A stretch of 64,000 bases of DNA, from IMG/VR virus record IMGVR_UViG_3300020473_000010, positions 62,001-126,000 of that record, one strand, 5' to 3'. Positions 36,460 to 46,414 of the stretch are shown here, piece after piece. Each line of letters begins with the position of its first letter. The stretch's first letter is position 1. The position numbers and the translations under genes are program-made. The notes under the pieces are model-generated. The model saw only the letters and a list, made by a program, of their open reading frames with translations. It made no database searches and was not told the origin of the DNA.

Positions 36460-36828
36460 TTAATTTGTATTTTTTTGTTGTACGTTTGTTGCGATTTTAA
36501 TCGATTGTTCTTTCCCTCTTTTTCTTGCTTCTTCAAGCGCTAATAGGCCAAGACATTGTCGGACTTGATCATAAACCTCTGGTTTTAATCCTTCTTGTAA
36601 ATATTTCATGCACGCGAATTGGTATAATTCCATTTCTACAATGGGTTGTTCATTTCCTTCTGCGTCTGGCTCAAATTCTCCGGTATCCGTTGACCCAAAG
36701 AAAAACAAGATATTTGGCATTTCTTTCTCTTTTGGGATTGCAATAAACGGCAAACCGCCAGTTAGGTTTTCTTCGTTATAATCTTCATAACAAATTTCTG
36801 GCACCCATTTTCTTTTATCGTTTGACAT
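36460..36828 (-). CDS. Hypothetical protein
   Basis: 122 aa, GGAG RBS. Confidence 0.75.
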   Translation of the reverse strand: MSNDKRKWVPEICYEDYNEENLTGGLPFIAIPKEKEMPNILFFFGSTDTGEFEPDAEGNEQPIVEMELYQFACMKYLQEGLKPEVYDQVRQCLGLLALEEARKRGKEQSIKIATNVQQKNTN

Positions 36829-36850
36829 TATATTCTCCTATTTGAGGATA

Positions 36851-38134
36851 TTATAACAACCTTCTTACATCTGTTAATGCTGAATCTAATTTTTCCATTG
36901 TTTCCTGGATAAACTTTGCATACTCTGTCCCGACGTCTGTAGTAAGAAGAATTTCAATTTCTTTAGGGCCAATATCACCTGTTATAAATTCAGTAACTGT
37001 TGCATATGATTCTTCTACTCCATCAGCTGCAACTTTTACCATATCTTTTTTCGCAATTTTCCAAAGGTATTCGTTCAGTTTAGCTTCAGCATCTGGATCA
37101 GTATCCATATCTATCCCTTCAGATTTTGCTGCTTTTTTTAATTCTTCCATTTTAGATGGGCTAGCTTTTATCTCATCAACGGAATTTTTAAAATCTGCTT
37201 CAAGTGTTGAAACATTTAAACTTTTTATTCCCGGGTCTTTTATGTCACCAATTGATTCAATAAACGATTGAGGGCTGGTACTGGCTAAAATTGCAGCGGA
37301 AAATTTATACGCTGTTTCTAAAGGATCTATTAATTGTCTCATGAGGTTCTTTTTAAGAGTTAACTCTCTTTTTCCTATCTTTTCAATTTCTTTATAAGCT
37401 CCAATTCTTTCTAATTCTGTTAAAACTCTCTGGATATCTCTTTTCTCTTTCGATGGTTGTTCTATGTCTTCTCCTTCGAAGATTATATTTCGTGATTCTC
37501 CTATAACAAGCCCAACTGGATTAATAAAAGCCTTCTGGATTGTATTAAAAGTTTTTGATAAGATTCCTCCCTTGTCTTCAATTTCGCCTTCTGAAGAGAC
37601 TTCGAAATCGTCAAACCAAAACCCTCCAGCTGTTGTTAATCCTTCTATTGCTGGTCCAACAATTGGTAATTGAGATAATCCAGAACTATCTAGAAACCCT
37701 TTAAATTCATCAGAACCAATATTTCTTGCACCTTCAAAAGCATAAGCGCTCAATATTGCACCAGGTGCAAAAGCAAACATCGATGCTTTTACAGGTCCCA
37801 AGTTTTCTTCTAGAGGTTTTAAAGCCTGGTCTATTTCTCTTTGGTTTGCTTTTTGGTCTCTTTCATATTCAGCAAATAATTTAGAATATTCTCTTTTTGT
37901 TTTAAAGGGTGTAAAAGGAAAATTGACTGTTATCCATAAAACAGCTGCACGAGATACTTTTTTTACGGACCCAACTAAAACCTTTCCAAAATTAGAAAAA
38001 CCTTTTTCGACTTCTCCCCAAAAGACCTGGAACAAGCCGTTATACATGTTATCTTCTAATAATAATCTTTTATTTTCTTTTAAGAGAGAATTACGAATCT
38101 GTTGTTTTGTTTTTTCTTTTTCAGAAAATGACAT
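36851..38134 (-). CDS. Hypothetical (putative virion) protein with LLxE leader
   Basis: 427 aa; SLLKENKRLLLED; internal VIGES.NIIFEG. Confidence 0.75.
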   Translation of the reverse strand: MSFSEKEKTKQQIRNSLLKENKRLLLEDNMYNGLFQVFWGEVEKGFSNFGKVLVGSVKKVSRAAVLWITVNFPFTPFKTKREYSKLFAEYERDQKANQREIDQALKPLEENLGPVKASMFAFAPGAILSAYAFEGARNIGSDEFKGFLDSSGLSQLPIVGPAIEGLTTAGGFWFDDFEVSSEGEIEDKGGILSKTFNTIQKAFINPVGLVIGESRNIIFEGEDIEQPSKEKRDIQRVLTELERIGAYKEIEKIGKRELTLKKNLMRQLIDPLETAYKFSAAILASTSPQSFIESIGDIKDPGIKSLNVSTLEADFKNSVDEIKASPSKMEELKKAAKSEGIDMDTDPDAEAKLNEYLWKIAKKDMVKVAADGVEESYATVTEFITGDIGPKEIEILLTTDVGTEYAKFIQETMEKLDSALTDVRRLL

Positions 38135-38151
38135 ATGTTTTCTCCAAAACT

Positions 38152-38180
38152 GTGTAAAACAGTATAAAACTAATTATATT
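38152..38180 (+). promoter_or_regulatory. Promoter GTGTAA-N17-TATATT
   Basis: 17-bp spacer upstream of AAGGAG RBS and ATG 38213. Confidence 0.55.
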
Positions 38181-38212
38181 ATTAATATACATTTATCAAA
38201 AAGGAGTTGTGA

Positions 38213-38752
38213 ATGATTATTGGTTTAGTTCCTGGTGCCATGAAACCTTATCATGCTGGGCATCATTTTTTAGTTCAAAAAGCATCTAATGAATGTGATT
38301 CAGTTATAATTTTTACTACCACAAAAGATAGAGAAGCTATCAAAGGTTCTAACATGAAAAAAGTTTGGGACGATATTATTATCCCTCAATTACCTTCAAA
38401 TGTTAAAGTTGAATTTGTTGTTAGTCCTGTCGGCTCTGTTTACGATACCATAGAATGGGAAGAAACAAAGAAAACAGGTTGGAAATATCGAATATATGGT
38501 GGGACAGAAGATATTTCAAGATATAATACCAAAGCTATCAAGCAACGATGGCCAAATGCTGGTTATCGATTTGTTAATGTAGCCGAAGAAGAAGCAAATA
38601 GATATTTACGTGGGCGGGGAGAAAGCCCTAATGCTAAAGGAGAATGGGTAAGAAATTCAATTTTAACTCAAGACTTTAAAAAGTTTGAAGAATTTCTTCC
38701 GGAAATCCTATCTCCTTATTCTAAAGAGTATCTTAATATCCTTCTTTCTTAA
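38213..38752 (+). CDS. HxGH-family nucleotidyltransferase (cytidylyltransferase-like)
   Basis: GAMKPYHAGH. Confidence 0.8.
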   Translation: MIIGLVPGAMKPYHAGHHFLVQKASNECDSVIIFTTTKDREAIKGSNMKKVWDDIIIPQLPSNVKVEFVVSPVGSVYDTIEWEETKKTGWKYRIYGGTEDISRYNTKAIKQRWPNAGYRFVNVAEEEANRYLRGRGESPNAKGEWVRNSILTQDFKKFEEFLPEILSPYSKEYLNILLS

Positions 38753-39041
38753 GAAACCCAAGGAAAGACTCTATTGGGTTTTCTAAGCTGATCTCCCATC
38801 CTTTTAGTTTACAGTGGTTAAGCCACTCTTTTTCAGGAAGGCCGGATAACAGATACAAAGTTCCGCTTTGAGTAACTACAGTTTTTCCGTTAATTGAAAT
38901 TATTTGACTAGTAATGACTGGAGACCCATCTGAAAATCGAGGGTCTCCATATATTTTTCCAAAGATTGTCAAATTTTTTTGATCAATTATATCAAGAGAT
39001 CCTTGGGAACTATAGCAAGACCATTCCCGTAATTCGGTCAT
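38733..39041 (-). CDS. Small conserved phage protein
   Basis: LREWS...GKIYGDPRFSDG...ITSQI...TQSGTLYLL. Confidence 0.65.
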   Translation of the reverse strand: MTELREWSCYSSQGSLDIIDQKNLTIFGKIYGDPRFSDGSPVITSQIISINGKTVVTQSGTLYLLSGLPEKEWLNHCKLKGWEISLENPIESFLGFLKKEGY

Positions 39042-39103
39042 TTTTTTTCTCTATAAAAGTCCTTTGTGGAAGCCACAATTTAATTATGCTATAGATAAAC
39101 CTT

Positions 39104-40327
39104 CTAGTATGCATTTGCAAAAGTTTTTTCTTTCTCTTTTTCGAAATCAATCCCAAGTGGATATCTTACTGCTCCACAAATACGGTTCATGCTTGGGAAA
39201 GCGCCAGTAAGTTTATAAATTTTTCCATACATTGGGATTACTATTCCTTCCATTACTGGGCATTCAACATTAAGGCTTTCAAAGCGGTCTAGGTTTCCCT
39301 GTAATTCTTCCCATATATGTGGGTGGGTATTTATGTGGATTTCTCCTGCTTGGATTATATTAAATCTTACAAGCTCATCTAAGCGCTGTCGAGCATTAGC
39401 TGAGTTTTTAATCAAGCAACTATCTAACGGTTCTATAACTTTGGCGCCAAAGATATCCCATATTCTTCTCATCTGGGTTTTACATTTACCTTGGTATCCT
39501 TGTCTATATTTTGACAAGCCAATGCGGTCCAAATGAGAATGGGTTTGTTTTGGCAATTGCTTTTTAATTAATTGAATTTTGTGTTTTCCGGAATTCCATA
39601 CATTTTCCGAAATTTGTATTGCATGAATAGAAGATAGCCCAACTTCTTCACATTGAGCTTGGGTTATTCTCATATAATAATCTCTTAAAGTTGATTCATA
39701 TTCAAGGTTATAAGATTCCATTAAATTTCTTATTGAAACCATTGCTGAAATAACATGTTGATCTAAGGGGCTGGGATTAATCTTAATTTCTAATTTATGG
39801 AAAGCTTTCCATGAATGAGGATTATTAAATTCAGACCGAAGAAAAGAATTCCAATATGAAGAATATGGTCTGGAGCAAGATACCATTGCATTGCGCGCTA
39901 GATTCATCATTACAAGATCATGATAAACTAAAGCATCAAAATCATATCGTATTGTTTGTGGGTGGTTACTAGAAACAATTTCTGTATTAACCCAATGTTG
40001 ACCTTGTTTTGGTCCTGGCCATGCAATATTTTTTGCTCTTTCGGCGATGGCATTAATGCCAGCCAAAAATTGAGCTCCGCCCGGATGGGTTTCCATCTTG
40101 GTTCTGATTTCATTCAAGGATATACCTCGAGATTTTATCTCTGTCATGTTTCTTGCAAACATGGGACTGTGGTTTTCGTTAAGATACCAGTGGATATTTA
40201 GTCCATCAACTTTTTCAATTGAATTGACATCCCCAAGAGATATCTTCATAATCAAATTACTCATTTGTGAGAATGTCATATCCAAATCATCATAAGGATG
40301 CATCATTTGTTTTGCAGCTCCGCCCAT
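39104..40327 (-). CDS. DUF6267-like protein with RNA-ligase-type nucleotidyltransferase motifs
   Basis: MGGAA...HPYDD; EKVDGLN (motif I), EGIVI (IV), YKLTG (V). Confidence 0.65.
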   Translation of the reverse strand: MGGAAKQMMHPYDDLDMTFSQMSNLIMKISLGDVNSIEKVDGLNIHWYLNENHSPMFARNMTEIKSRGISLNEIRTKMETHPGGAQFLAGINAIAERAKNIAWPGPKQGQHWVNTEIVSSNHPQTIRYDFDALVYHDLVMMNLARNAMVSCSRPYSSYWNSFLRSEFNNPHSWKAFHKLEIKINPSPLDQHVISAMVSIRNLMESYNLEYESTLRDYYMRITQAQCEEVGLSSIHAIQISENVWNSGKHKIQLIKKQLPKQTHSHLDRIGLSKYRQGYQGKCKTQMRRIWDIFGAKVIEPLDSCLIKNSANARQRLDELVRFNIIQAGEIHINTHPHIWEELQGNLDRFESLNVECPVMEGIVIPMYGKIYKLTGAFPSMNRICGAVRYPLGIDFEKEKEKTFANAY

Positions 40328-40596
40328 TATTTCTCCACGGTTTCGGTTGGTTGGTCTTGGGGAAATAAATCTTTTACAATGTTTTCCCCTGTGTTAGTTA
40401 AAGTCCAAAGTTTTGGTCTGTCTGGAGTATTACCAGAAATTGTTTTAAGTTTACCTTGATGTTGGAGGAAGCCCATTCTTCTTTTAAGGGTGGGCCAATC
40501 CATTTTACCATCAAAAGAATGGAAAATTTCCATGCGAGTTGCAAATCCTAGACATCCAATGACACGTAGGATTTGATTGTTTATTTCTTGAGACAA
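40327..40596 (-). CDS. Winged-helix protein
   Basis: TTG start with GGAG; LKRRMGFLQHQG...WTLTNTG. Confidence 0.6.
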   Translation of the reverse strand: MSQEINNQILRVIGCLGFATRMEIFHSFDGKMDWPTLKRRMGFLQHQGKLKTISGNTPDRPKLWTLTNTGENIVKDLFPQDQPTETVEK

Positions 40597-40605
40597 ATTT
40601 ACTCC

Positions 40606-40640
40606 AAAATAAAAAGGGTTACATAGTAATGTAACCCTTT
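40606..40640 (-). terminator. Rho-independent terminator overlapping a promoter
   Basis: AAAGGGTTACAT-TACT-ATGTAACCCTTT then TTATTTT. Confidence 0.75.
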
Positions 40641-40656
40641 AAAAGTAAATCTACAC
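40628..40656 (-). promoter_or_regulatory. Promoter GTGTAG-N17-TACATT
   Basis: 17-bp spacer; -10 lies in the terminator stem. Confidence 0.45.
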
Positions 40657-40666
40657 AGTTTTTCAC

Positions 40667-41692
40667 TTAATCAGTTAAAATACCTGCAAGTTTATTCCAT
40701 CTTCTGAAACCTTCGTTGACATTGATTTCGCCATCCTTGAGAGCTTTGATTGTGTTATCAATTGAGGGTGTATTTTTTGTTGATTTGTCATCATCGATTA
40801 CAGGCATATCAATTCTTTCAGGGGCTCCTGGCATGACTGCGCCGGCGCCTTTGGCTCCTGGAACACTTTGAAGATTGTCATACATTTGTTTCGCCATCGC
40901 TTTTGCGGCTTCTTCGCCTTCTAAGCCTGTTGCTTTTTCAATAACTTCTTTAGCTTTTCCTGCGCTGTCATCTCCTGCGACACCTTTGAATGTACCACCT
41001 TTTGGGCTGGGGGCTTCATCTGTCAGCATTTTGGTTAATACACCTTCGATTTCTTCGAGTTTCTGAAACTGTTCAAAACCTCCTGTTCCTGGTTTTCCCT
41101 GGGTAACACCTAATAGCCCAACGGTAACCGTATTTAGGACTGCAACTAATTGTTTTGCTGGCCAGTCGACTTTGAAACCCTCAATTGACGCTGAAGGGTC
41201 TGCCATGGCAGTAGCAATCCATCGATGATGGCCATCCATCAAGTAGTTATCTTGGGAAACAAAAGCGTTTGTTTTTCCGCCTGGTCCACCAGATCCAAAC
41301 ATCGAACCGTTGAGCATACCAAGTGCAAACCAGCATGCTTTTGGAAGATTCATACTAGTTTGAGAAGGAGATAATTCAGCAGCAGACCAACTATCTGGTT
41401 TAACACCGATTGCATCTGAAGCACCATCACCTGAAGTAACTAATTTTTCAGCTAATTCTACATCGCCAGCAACATCGCTTAATTTTAATGGAAACTTTTC
41501 AGTATCTAATTGGGAAGGGTCCGCGGCAGTGCCTCCTTCTTCTTTTTTTTCTTCATCGCCTTCAAGAATCAATTTTGCTCTACGGAGAGATTCTCTTAAT
41601 TTTTTCTGATGAGGCGTAAATCTATCTTCTGTTTTTAACCGTTCTTCTTTAATGGTTTGTTCAACTAGTGTTTTTAATTCTTTGATATTCAT
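40667..41692 (-). CDS. ParB/Srx-like domain protein with leader (paralog 1)
   Basis: LSPSQ, LMDGHHRW, APERIDMP, RRWNKLAGI. Confidence 0.75.
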   Translation of the reverse strand: MNIKELKTLVEQTIKEERLKTEDRFTPHQKKLRESLRRAKLILEGDEEKKEEGGTAADPSQLDTEKFPLKLSDVAGDVELAEKLVTSGDGASDAIGVKPDSWSAAELSPSQTSMNLPKACWFALGMLNGSMFGSGGPGGKTNAFVSQDNYLMDGHHRWIATAMADPSASIEGFKVDWPAKQLVAVLNTVTVGLLGVTQGKPGTGGFEQFQKLEEIEGVLTKMLTDEAPSPKGGTFKGVAGDDSAGKAKEVIEKATGLEGEEAAKAMAKQMYDNLQSVPGAKGAGAVMPGAPERIDMPVIDDDKSTKNTPSIDNTIKALKDGEINVNEGFRRWNKLAGILTD

Positions 41693-41747
41693 TCGAAACT
41701 CCTAAACATCTTTCTTTATTAAGTATTTACATAGTAGGATAAAACGT

Positions 41748-42011
41748 CTAATACTGTTCATAAATTTTTCCTAGACGACGTTTCTTTTTCCTAAGATCAG
41801 CCAGAACGCCATTATAATAAGCTCGATTCGCAGTACCTCCAGATTGATTATCACGTTGGAACAGCGTGTCTTCAATCCTGGAACAAACATCACTATAGCA
41901 TGCCTCTGAATCGTCCGGAACAATACTTCCATCCATGCACCTGTGTTGGCCAATAGACTCTAAAATTATTGATTCTATAATAATTCTTAAATTTGTTTCG
42001 GTAGTTTTCAT
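41748..42011 (-). CDS. Small leader-bearing protein
   Basis: MKTTETNLRIIIESIILES; three Cys. Confidence 0.75.
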   Translation of the reverse strand: MKTTETNLRIIIESIILESIGQHRCMDGSIVPDDSEACYSDVCSRIEDTLFQRDNQSGGTANRAYYNGVLADLRKKKRRLGKIYEQY

Positions 42012-43072
42012 TTAATTAACCCCGCTAATTTTTGCCAACGTTCTGAAATAATTTGATCAGCTTTAGATTGGACAGATTCAGGCTGGATTGGTTCATCAAC
42101 ATTAAATTTACCAGATTGTAATCCAGCGTATATGTCGCTTTTTACTTTTTTCTTATTGCCCATTGATTCATGGTCAAATTGAGGCATATCAGCTCTATCC
42201 GGCGCGCTTTTATTCGCCGGAAGAGTACTTAAATTAGCACCGACTTTCTTTGCTATAGCATCGATGATTACCTCTTCAGAATCACCAACAGAAAACCCGG
42301 CCCATTCAGCAGCTGTTTCGCTTTCTGCAACATCTTTTAAAAACTGATCGTTTAATACTGCACCTGGGGCATCTTCATCAGTTTGTTTCCCTTTGTTGTC
42401 TTTTATCATTTTGGCGATTTCTTCAGCAGATTTTCCCATAATATTAGTAGTAAACGGGTCACTTTTAGATGGCTGGGGTAAATTTGGGTCCTTATATGCG
42501 GCGATGGCTAATTGGGCGCCAGCTAATTTTTCGCTAGTATTAGAGCCTGGCAAATCAATTTCTTGAGCGCTTACATTGCCTTCTTTTTCGCTAATTGCCC
42601 AAATTCCTGACCATCGATGGTGTCCATCAATTACTTCTCCTCCGGATACGGAGATTGAACCAGGAGCAGTAGAAGTTTTTGATGATATCATTTTTTCTAA
42701 AGTTCCAATATCAGAAAGGGGCCAGCCCACAGATTGCATCATATCTATTTCTTTTTGGGTAGGAATAAGTGAACCAACAGATACTGAGGATGCTCCATCA
42801 ATTTCAACAACATCATCATCTTTTTTTTCGTCGTAATCTCCTTGTAGAACTTTTTTGAGCAATTCAGGATCGTCAGTATTATCAACTAGATCTCTCACCT
42901 CGGCGGGGCCGCTTTGGGCAGCTTTTGAGACTGCTGCTGCAGTTTGCTCCTCATCTCCGAGAGAATATTTTTCATCGTCTCCTTCAAATAAAATACTGGA
43001 TAAAGATGGATTTTTAATTTCGTGAATCTCTTTTAGGATTATTGATCTGAGTTGTTTTGTTGAGATTTTCAT
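42008..43072 (-). CDS. ParB/Srx-like domain protein with leader (paralog 2)
   Basis: MKISTKQLRSIILKE (start 43072), LIPTQ, VIDGHHRW, APDRADMP, ERWQKLAGL. Confidence 0.75.
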   Translation of the reverse strand: MKISTKQLRSIILKEIHEIKNPSLSSILFEGDDEKYSLGDEEQTAAAVSKAAQSGPAEVRDLVDNTDDPELLKKVLQGDYDEKKDDDVVEIDGASSVSVGSLIPTQKEIDMMQSVGWPLSDIGTLEKMISSKTSTAPGSISVSGGEVIDGHHRWSGIWAISEKEGNVSAQEIDLPGSNTSEKLAGAQLAIAAYKDPNLPQPSKSDPFTTNIMGKSAEEIAKMIKDNKGKQTDEDAPGAVLNDQFLKDVAESETAAEWAGFSVGDSEEVIIDAIAKKVGANLSTLPANKSAPDRADMPQFDHESMGNKKKVKSDIYAGLQSGKFNVDEPIQPESVQSKADQIISERWQKLAGLIK

Positions 43073-43683
43073 TTGTTTCTCCAAAGTATACTTTTTTCTT
43101 TAGACTTGTTGGCTGATTCTCCTACTACTATTGGAGAACCTTCTCCAGCTGGTGGTTTTTTATCAGCTTTAACTGTGTCTTTTTTCATTTTAATTTTATA
43201 AGGATCCTGTTTCGGTACCGGTGCTTTATCACCTTCTCCTCCTTCTTCAGACCCCATAATTTTATCTAGGCCTGTGAGAAATGCATAAAGGGCTACACGT
43301 TCAGATCCATTAAGTCTTGTAAAATAGGCTTTAAGGTCGACTTTTGCTTTTTCATCTTTTAAAGATTTTCCGGCTCGAAGAGAATTTAAAAGGGCAATTA
43401 TTTTTGTAAGTGTAATTTCTGGTAATTTCGAAGCCTTTGCTTTGGCTGGGGCTTTTAGACCGTCTTTTGATTCTTCATCACCAGCTTCGTCAATTTCATC
43501 ATCTAGCTTATCTTTATCTATAGATGCAGATGATTTTTTTCTAGCCTTAAATGGTTTTTGAGCATCAGCTTGTTGTTGTTGGCGAATTTTTTCTTTATCT
43601 AAAATTCCATCCATGGCTTTTTTTGTCTCTTGTTCTATTAAAAGACCTAAATCGATGCCTAAAAATTTTTCTTTATTTTTCAC
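43069..43683 (-). CDS. Hypothetical (putative virion) protein
   Basis: LLIEQE leader; LNSLRAGKSLKD; C-terminal VVGES. Confidence 0.7.
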   Translation of the reverse strand: MKNKEKFLGIDLGLLIEQETKKAMDGILDKEKIRQQQQADAQKPFKARKKSSASIDKDKLDDEIDEAGDEESKDGLKAPAKAKASKLPEITLTKIIALLNSLRAGKSLKDEKAKVDLKAYFTRLNGSERVALYAFLTGLDKIMGSEEGGEGDKAPVPKQDPYKIKMKKDTVKADKKPPAGEGSPIVVGESANKSKEKSILWRNK

Positions 43684-44032
43684 CTGAAGACTCCTGTAAT
43701 ATTACTTTAATTTTTCGACCAAGGCATTCAAGTCTACATTCCGGGTCTTCGATAGTAAATTCCCTAGTTGAATCACCATAAGTAATTATGGGGTTGTCAA
43801 GGGATTTTCCTTCTAATAATTCAAAAGCACCTACGATATCTGAGGTTACAAAAATTAAAAATCTTAAACCGTTTTTAGATCCTAGCGATTGAAGATCGCC
43901 CGAAAGTGGCTGTACAACTTTAATACTCGTGTGAGCTTCTGAGAAATTAAAAGCTTCTGCAAGTGTGTCACTTATCATCAAGTCGTTTGATTTACTTTTT
44001 ATTGCCACTTTTATATCCTTCGTAAATATCAT
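43673..44032 (-). CDS. Hypothetical protein
   Basis: 119 aa coupled ORF. Confidence 0.6.
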   Translation of the reverse strand: MIFTKDIKVAIKSKSNDLMISDTLAEAFNFSEAHTSIKVVQPLSGDLQSLGSKNGLRFLIFVTSDIVGAFELLEGKSLDNPIITYGDSTREFTIEDPECRLECLGRKIKVILQESSGEK

Positions 44033-44375
44033 CTACTTTTTTAATCCATTCCAAATCCATTTCCGTAATATCCATAAGGGTATGAGTCCATATTTCCATT
44101 TTTACTTTAGGATACTGTATTGAAATTCTTCCATGGTGACCATTTTCAGATTGCATCTCGAGAACATCTATGATAAAATTATTAAAATTTTGCTCATTAG
44201 AAATTTTAAATATTTTTACCATTCTTTTAGGATTTGATTTTTTTTCCCAATTGGACTTTTTGTTTGGTTGTATCGGTAATTCAGAAGGGATTGTAGAAAT
44301 TGATTTTGACCGGGTCTCGTTTAAGAGAGTCCGGTCATCTTGAAAATAATCACTCATAAGATCTTTAAGTTGCAT
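43992..44375 (-). CDS. Pterin-4-alpha-carbinolamine dehydratase-like protein with N-terminal extension
   Basis: W...RMVKIFK, NGHHGRI, IWTHT, ITEMDL; N-terminal LLNE. Confidence 0.75.
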   Translation of the reverse strand: MQLKDLMSDYFQDDRTLLNETRSKSISTIPSELPIQPNKKSNWEKKSNPKRMVKIFKISNEQNFNNFIIDVLEMQSENGHHGRISIQYPKVKMEIWTHTLMDITEMDLEWIKKVDDIYEGYKSGNKK

Positions 44376-44379
44376 ATGT

Positions 44380-45627
44380 TTATCCCATTACAGATGTATC
44401 TCTTTGCAAGAACTCTAGATTAGACTGCATAGCTTTTCTGGCGTCATTTGCTTTTCTGGCTTTTGTCATTCCGTTCCAGCGTTTTTTAATTTTCTCGATT
44501 ACTGCATCCGCTTCTTCAGGAGATAGTTGAGATTTTTTTGATAGTGGATCGTAAACACCAGCTCTTTTTAATTTTGCTAATTCTTTCATAGCTGGAATAA
44601 TGATTGCTTGATGAGACATGTATTTAAACATTTCACTATCCATTAAGGCATTTTCGTCTTTTTTCAAATCATCAATATGTTCCTGATCGAGGAGCTTGGA
44701 AAAAAGCATGGCTTCATAAAAAGCATCTCTAGCAAATTCAGAACGAACTAAGCTATTGAGACGGTCTGTTAATTGGGGCGCGTTTTTGGTTGCCCTTAGG
44801 ATGGGATAGATTTCTCGCTCTAATTTATTTGTAATGCCGCTTGGACCTTTAACGGATGGGTAAACATTGCTGGCCACAATGTCCTCAAGGCCAAAAGCGG
44901 TTGCCATTTCTGGCCTATATCCAGCAACCTTTGTTGGATCATGTTCACCGGTTTCCTCCATAAAATCGCGTATATCATCAACATCAGGAACCCATTCGTC
45001 ATCTAATTCCGAGTAATCATCATCTGGACGATAGAGGTTGAGATCATCTCCTTGTTTCCATTTTCTTGCAGCGTCTCTTTGACGTGCTCCATATCTTGCT
45101 TCAGGCATAACACTCCTATTTTTATTGGTTACATTAGTAATGTAACCCGTTCTTTTAAGTGCTACACGGTTTTTTAGTTTTCTTTTTCTATTTTCTTTTA
45201 CTGATTTAATTGGAACATCAATATCTTTATCACCCAAAAATAAATCTTGAAGGTCTGGTTTGTTTCCTTGTTCAATAGCCTTTTCGCGAAGATTCATTAA
45301 CTCATTGTAGAAAAACTCTCTTTCCGAATCTGGAATTCCGGAAGCTAATGCTTCTGCCGCGGCACTAAGTTCTTTTCCACATGTAGGAACCCAGTCTGGA
45401 TCTTCTACTGGTGGAAGATCTTTTTGAAGCTGTGTTGAAGTTTGATCTAATGCAATTATGGGTTGGGGAGATGGTACTGTTGTTTCTATATCTTCTTTTC
45501 TGGTATCCCCTAATGTACCGGCAACTTTGTCATCGGTGGATGCCCTATGAGAAACACCAGAATCTGTGTTGTATTCAAATAGCCAGTCTTTAATTGCTGA
45601 ACGAAGTTTTGATTCTTTAATTTTCAT
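44380..45627 (-). CDS. Hypothetical (putative virion) protein with leader
   Basis: MKIKESKLRSAIKDWLFE. Confidence 0.75.
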   Translation of the reverse strand: MKIKESKLRSAIKDWLFEYNTDSGVSHRASTDDKVAGTLGDTRKEDIETTVPSPQPIIALDQTSTQLQKDLPPVEDPDWVPTCGKELSAAAEALASGIPDSEREFFYNELMNLREKAIEQGNKPDLQDLFLGDKDIDVPIKSVKENRKRKLKNRVALKRTGYITNVTNKNRSVMPEARYGARQRDAARKWKQGDDLNLYRPDDDYSELDDEWVPDVDDIRDFMEETGEHDPTKVAGYRPEMATAFGLEDIVASNVYPSVKGPSGITNKLEREIYPILRATKNAPQLTDRLNSLVRSEFARDAFYEAMLFSKLLDQEHIDDLKKDENALMDSEMFKYMSHQAIIIPAMKELAKLKRAGVYDPLSKKSQLSPEEADAVIEKIKKRWNGMTKARKANDARKAMQSNLEFLQRDTSVMG

Positions 45628-45629
45628 TT

Positions 45630-46046
45630 TTAATTTCCTATTTTATCGAGCGTCCAAGCAGAAAGAGCTACAACCCCTATTCCAACTGCGACACCACCAA
45701 CGAAAAAGAGGGGTTTTTCCCATGTGGGTGAAACAGCGCGCTTTTCTAAATATTGTATTTGGTTTAAATATATTTTTTCATATTCTGTAAATCTTAACGT
45801 ACATGCAGCTAATTCTGCTTCTTTATTAGAAACTGCTAAATTAAATTCTGCTGTTAAAATTGCTTTTTCTTTTTCCGCTTCTGCTTGACATATTGCTAAA
45901 TCTGTTTCACCAGTAGCAAGTAATTTAGCTGCAGCAGATGGTGATAGTAAAGTTCCGGAAAAAGGAGCTGGTTCACCTTTGTTTACGGTTACAACATCCT
46001 CATTAGCAAAAGCTAAACCTATGCAAAGAAATAAACAGGTTATCAT
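45630..46046 (-). CDS. Exported coiled-coil protein with C-terminal TM (spanin-like candidate)
   Basis: Signal peptide, KGEPAPFSGTLLS, two Cys, TM. Confidence 0.55.
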   Translation of the reverse strand: MITCLFLCIGLAFANEDVVTVNKGEPAPFSGTLLSPSAAAKLLATGETDLAICQAEAEKEKAILTAEFNLAVSNKEAELAACTLRFTEYEKIYLNQIQYLEKRAVSPTWEKPLFFVGGVAVGIGVVALSAWTLDKIGN

Positions 46047-46414
46047 TTTTTTAATCTCTCTTTTATTGCTTCTGTGGCTTCTTCTGCAGTATTAATTTTG
46101 TTTATTTTTTCTTGTTCTGCTTTTGCAAGTTTTTTAAGTACTTCTTCATGTTCTAAATTAATTTTATTTACAGAATTAATAAATTCTGATTGGGCTTCTT
46201 GTTTCTTTTTTGTTTCTAAATCATGTGACTGCTGAAGTGCGTTTAATTGAGACTTTTTTGCCTCTGCTGCTTTTTTATAAATTTTAACAGTGTTGCCTTT
46301 TCGTAAAAGTATTGACACGACAATAGGAATAGAAATTCCTAAAAGAAATTTCCAATGGATTTTGCACCATTCCCATGTTTTTTTTAACCACACAATCGAA
46401 ACTGACCAAATCAT
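46043..46414 (-). CDS. Membrane-anchored coiled-coil protein (inner spanin-like candidate)
   Basis: N-terminal TM then coiled coil; overlaps the next gene. Confidence 0.55.
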   Translation of the reverse strand: MIWSVSIVWLKKTWEWCKIHWKFLLGISIPIVVSILLRKGNTVKIYKKAAEAKKSQLNALQQSHDLETKKKQEAQSEFINSVNKINLEHEEVLKKLAKAEQEKINKINTAEEATEAIKERLKK

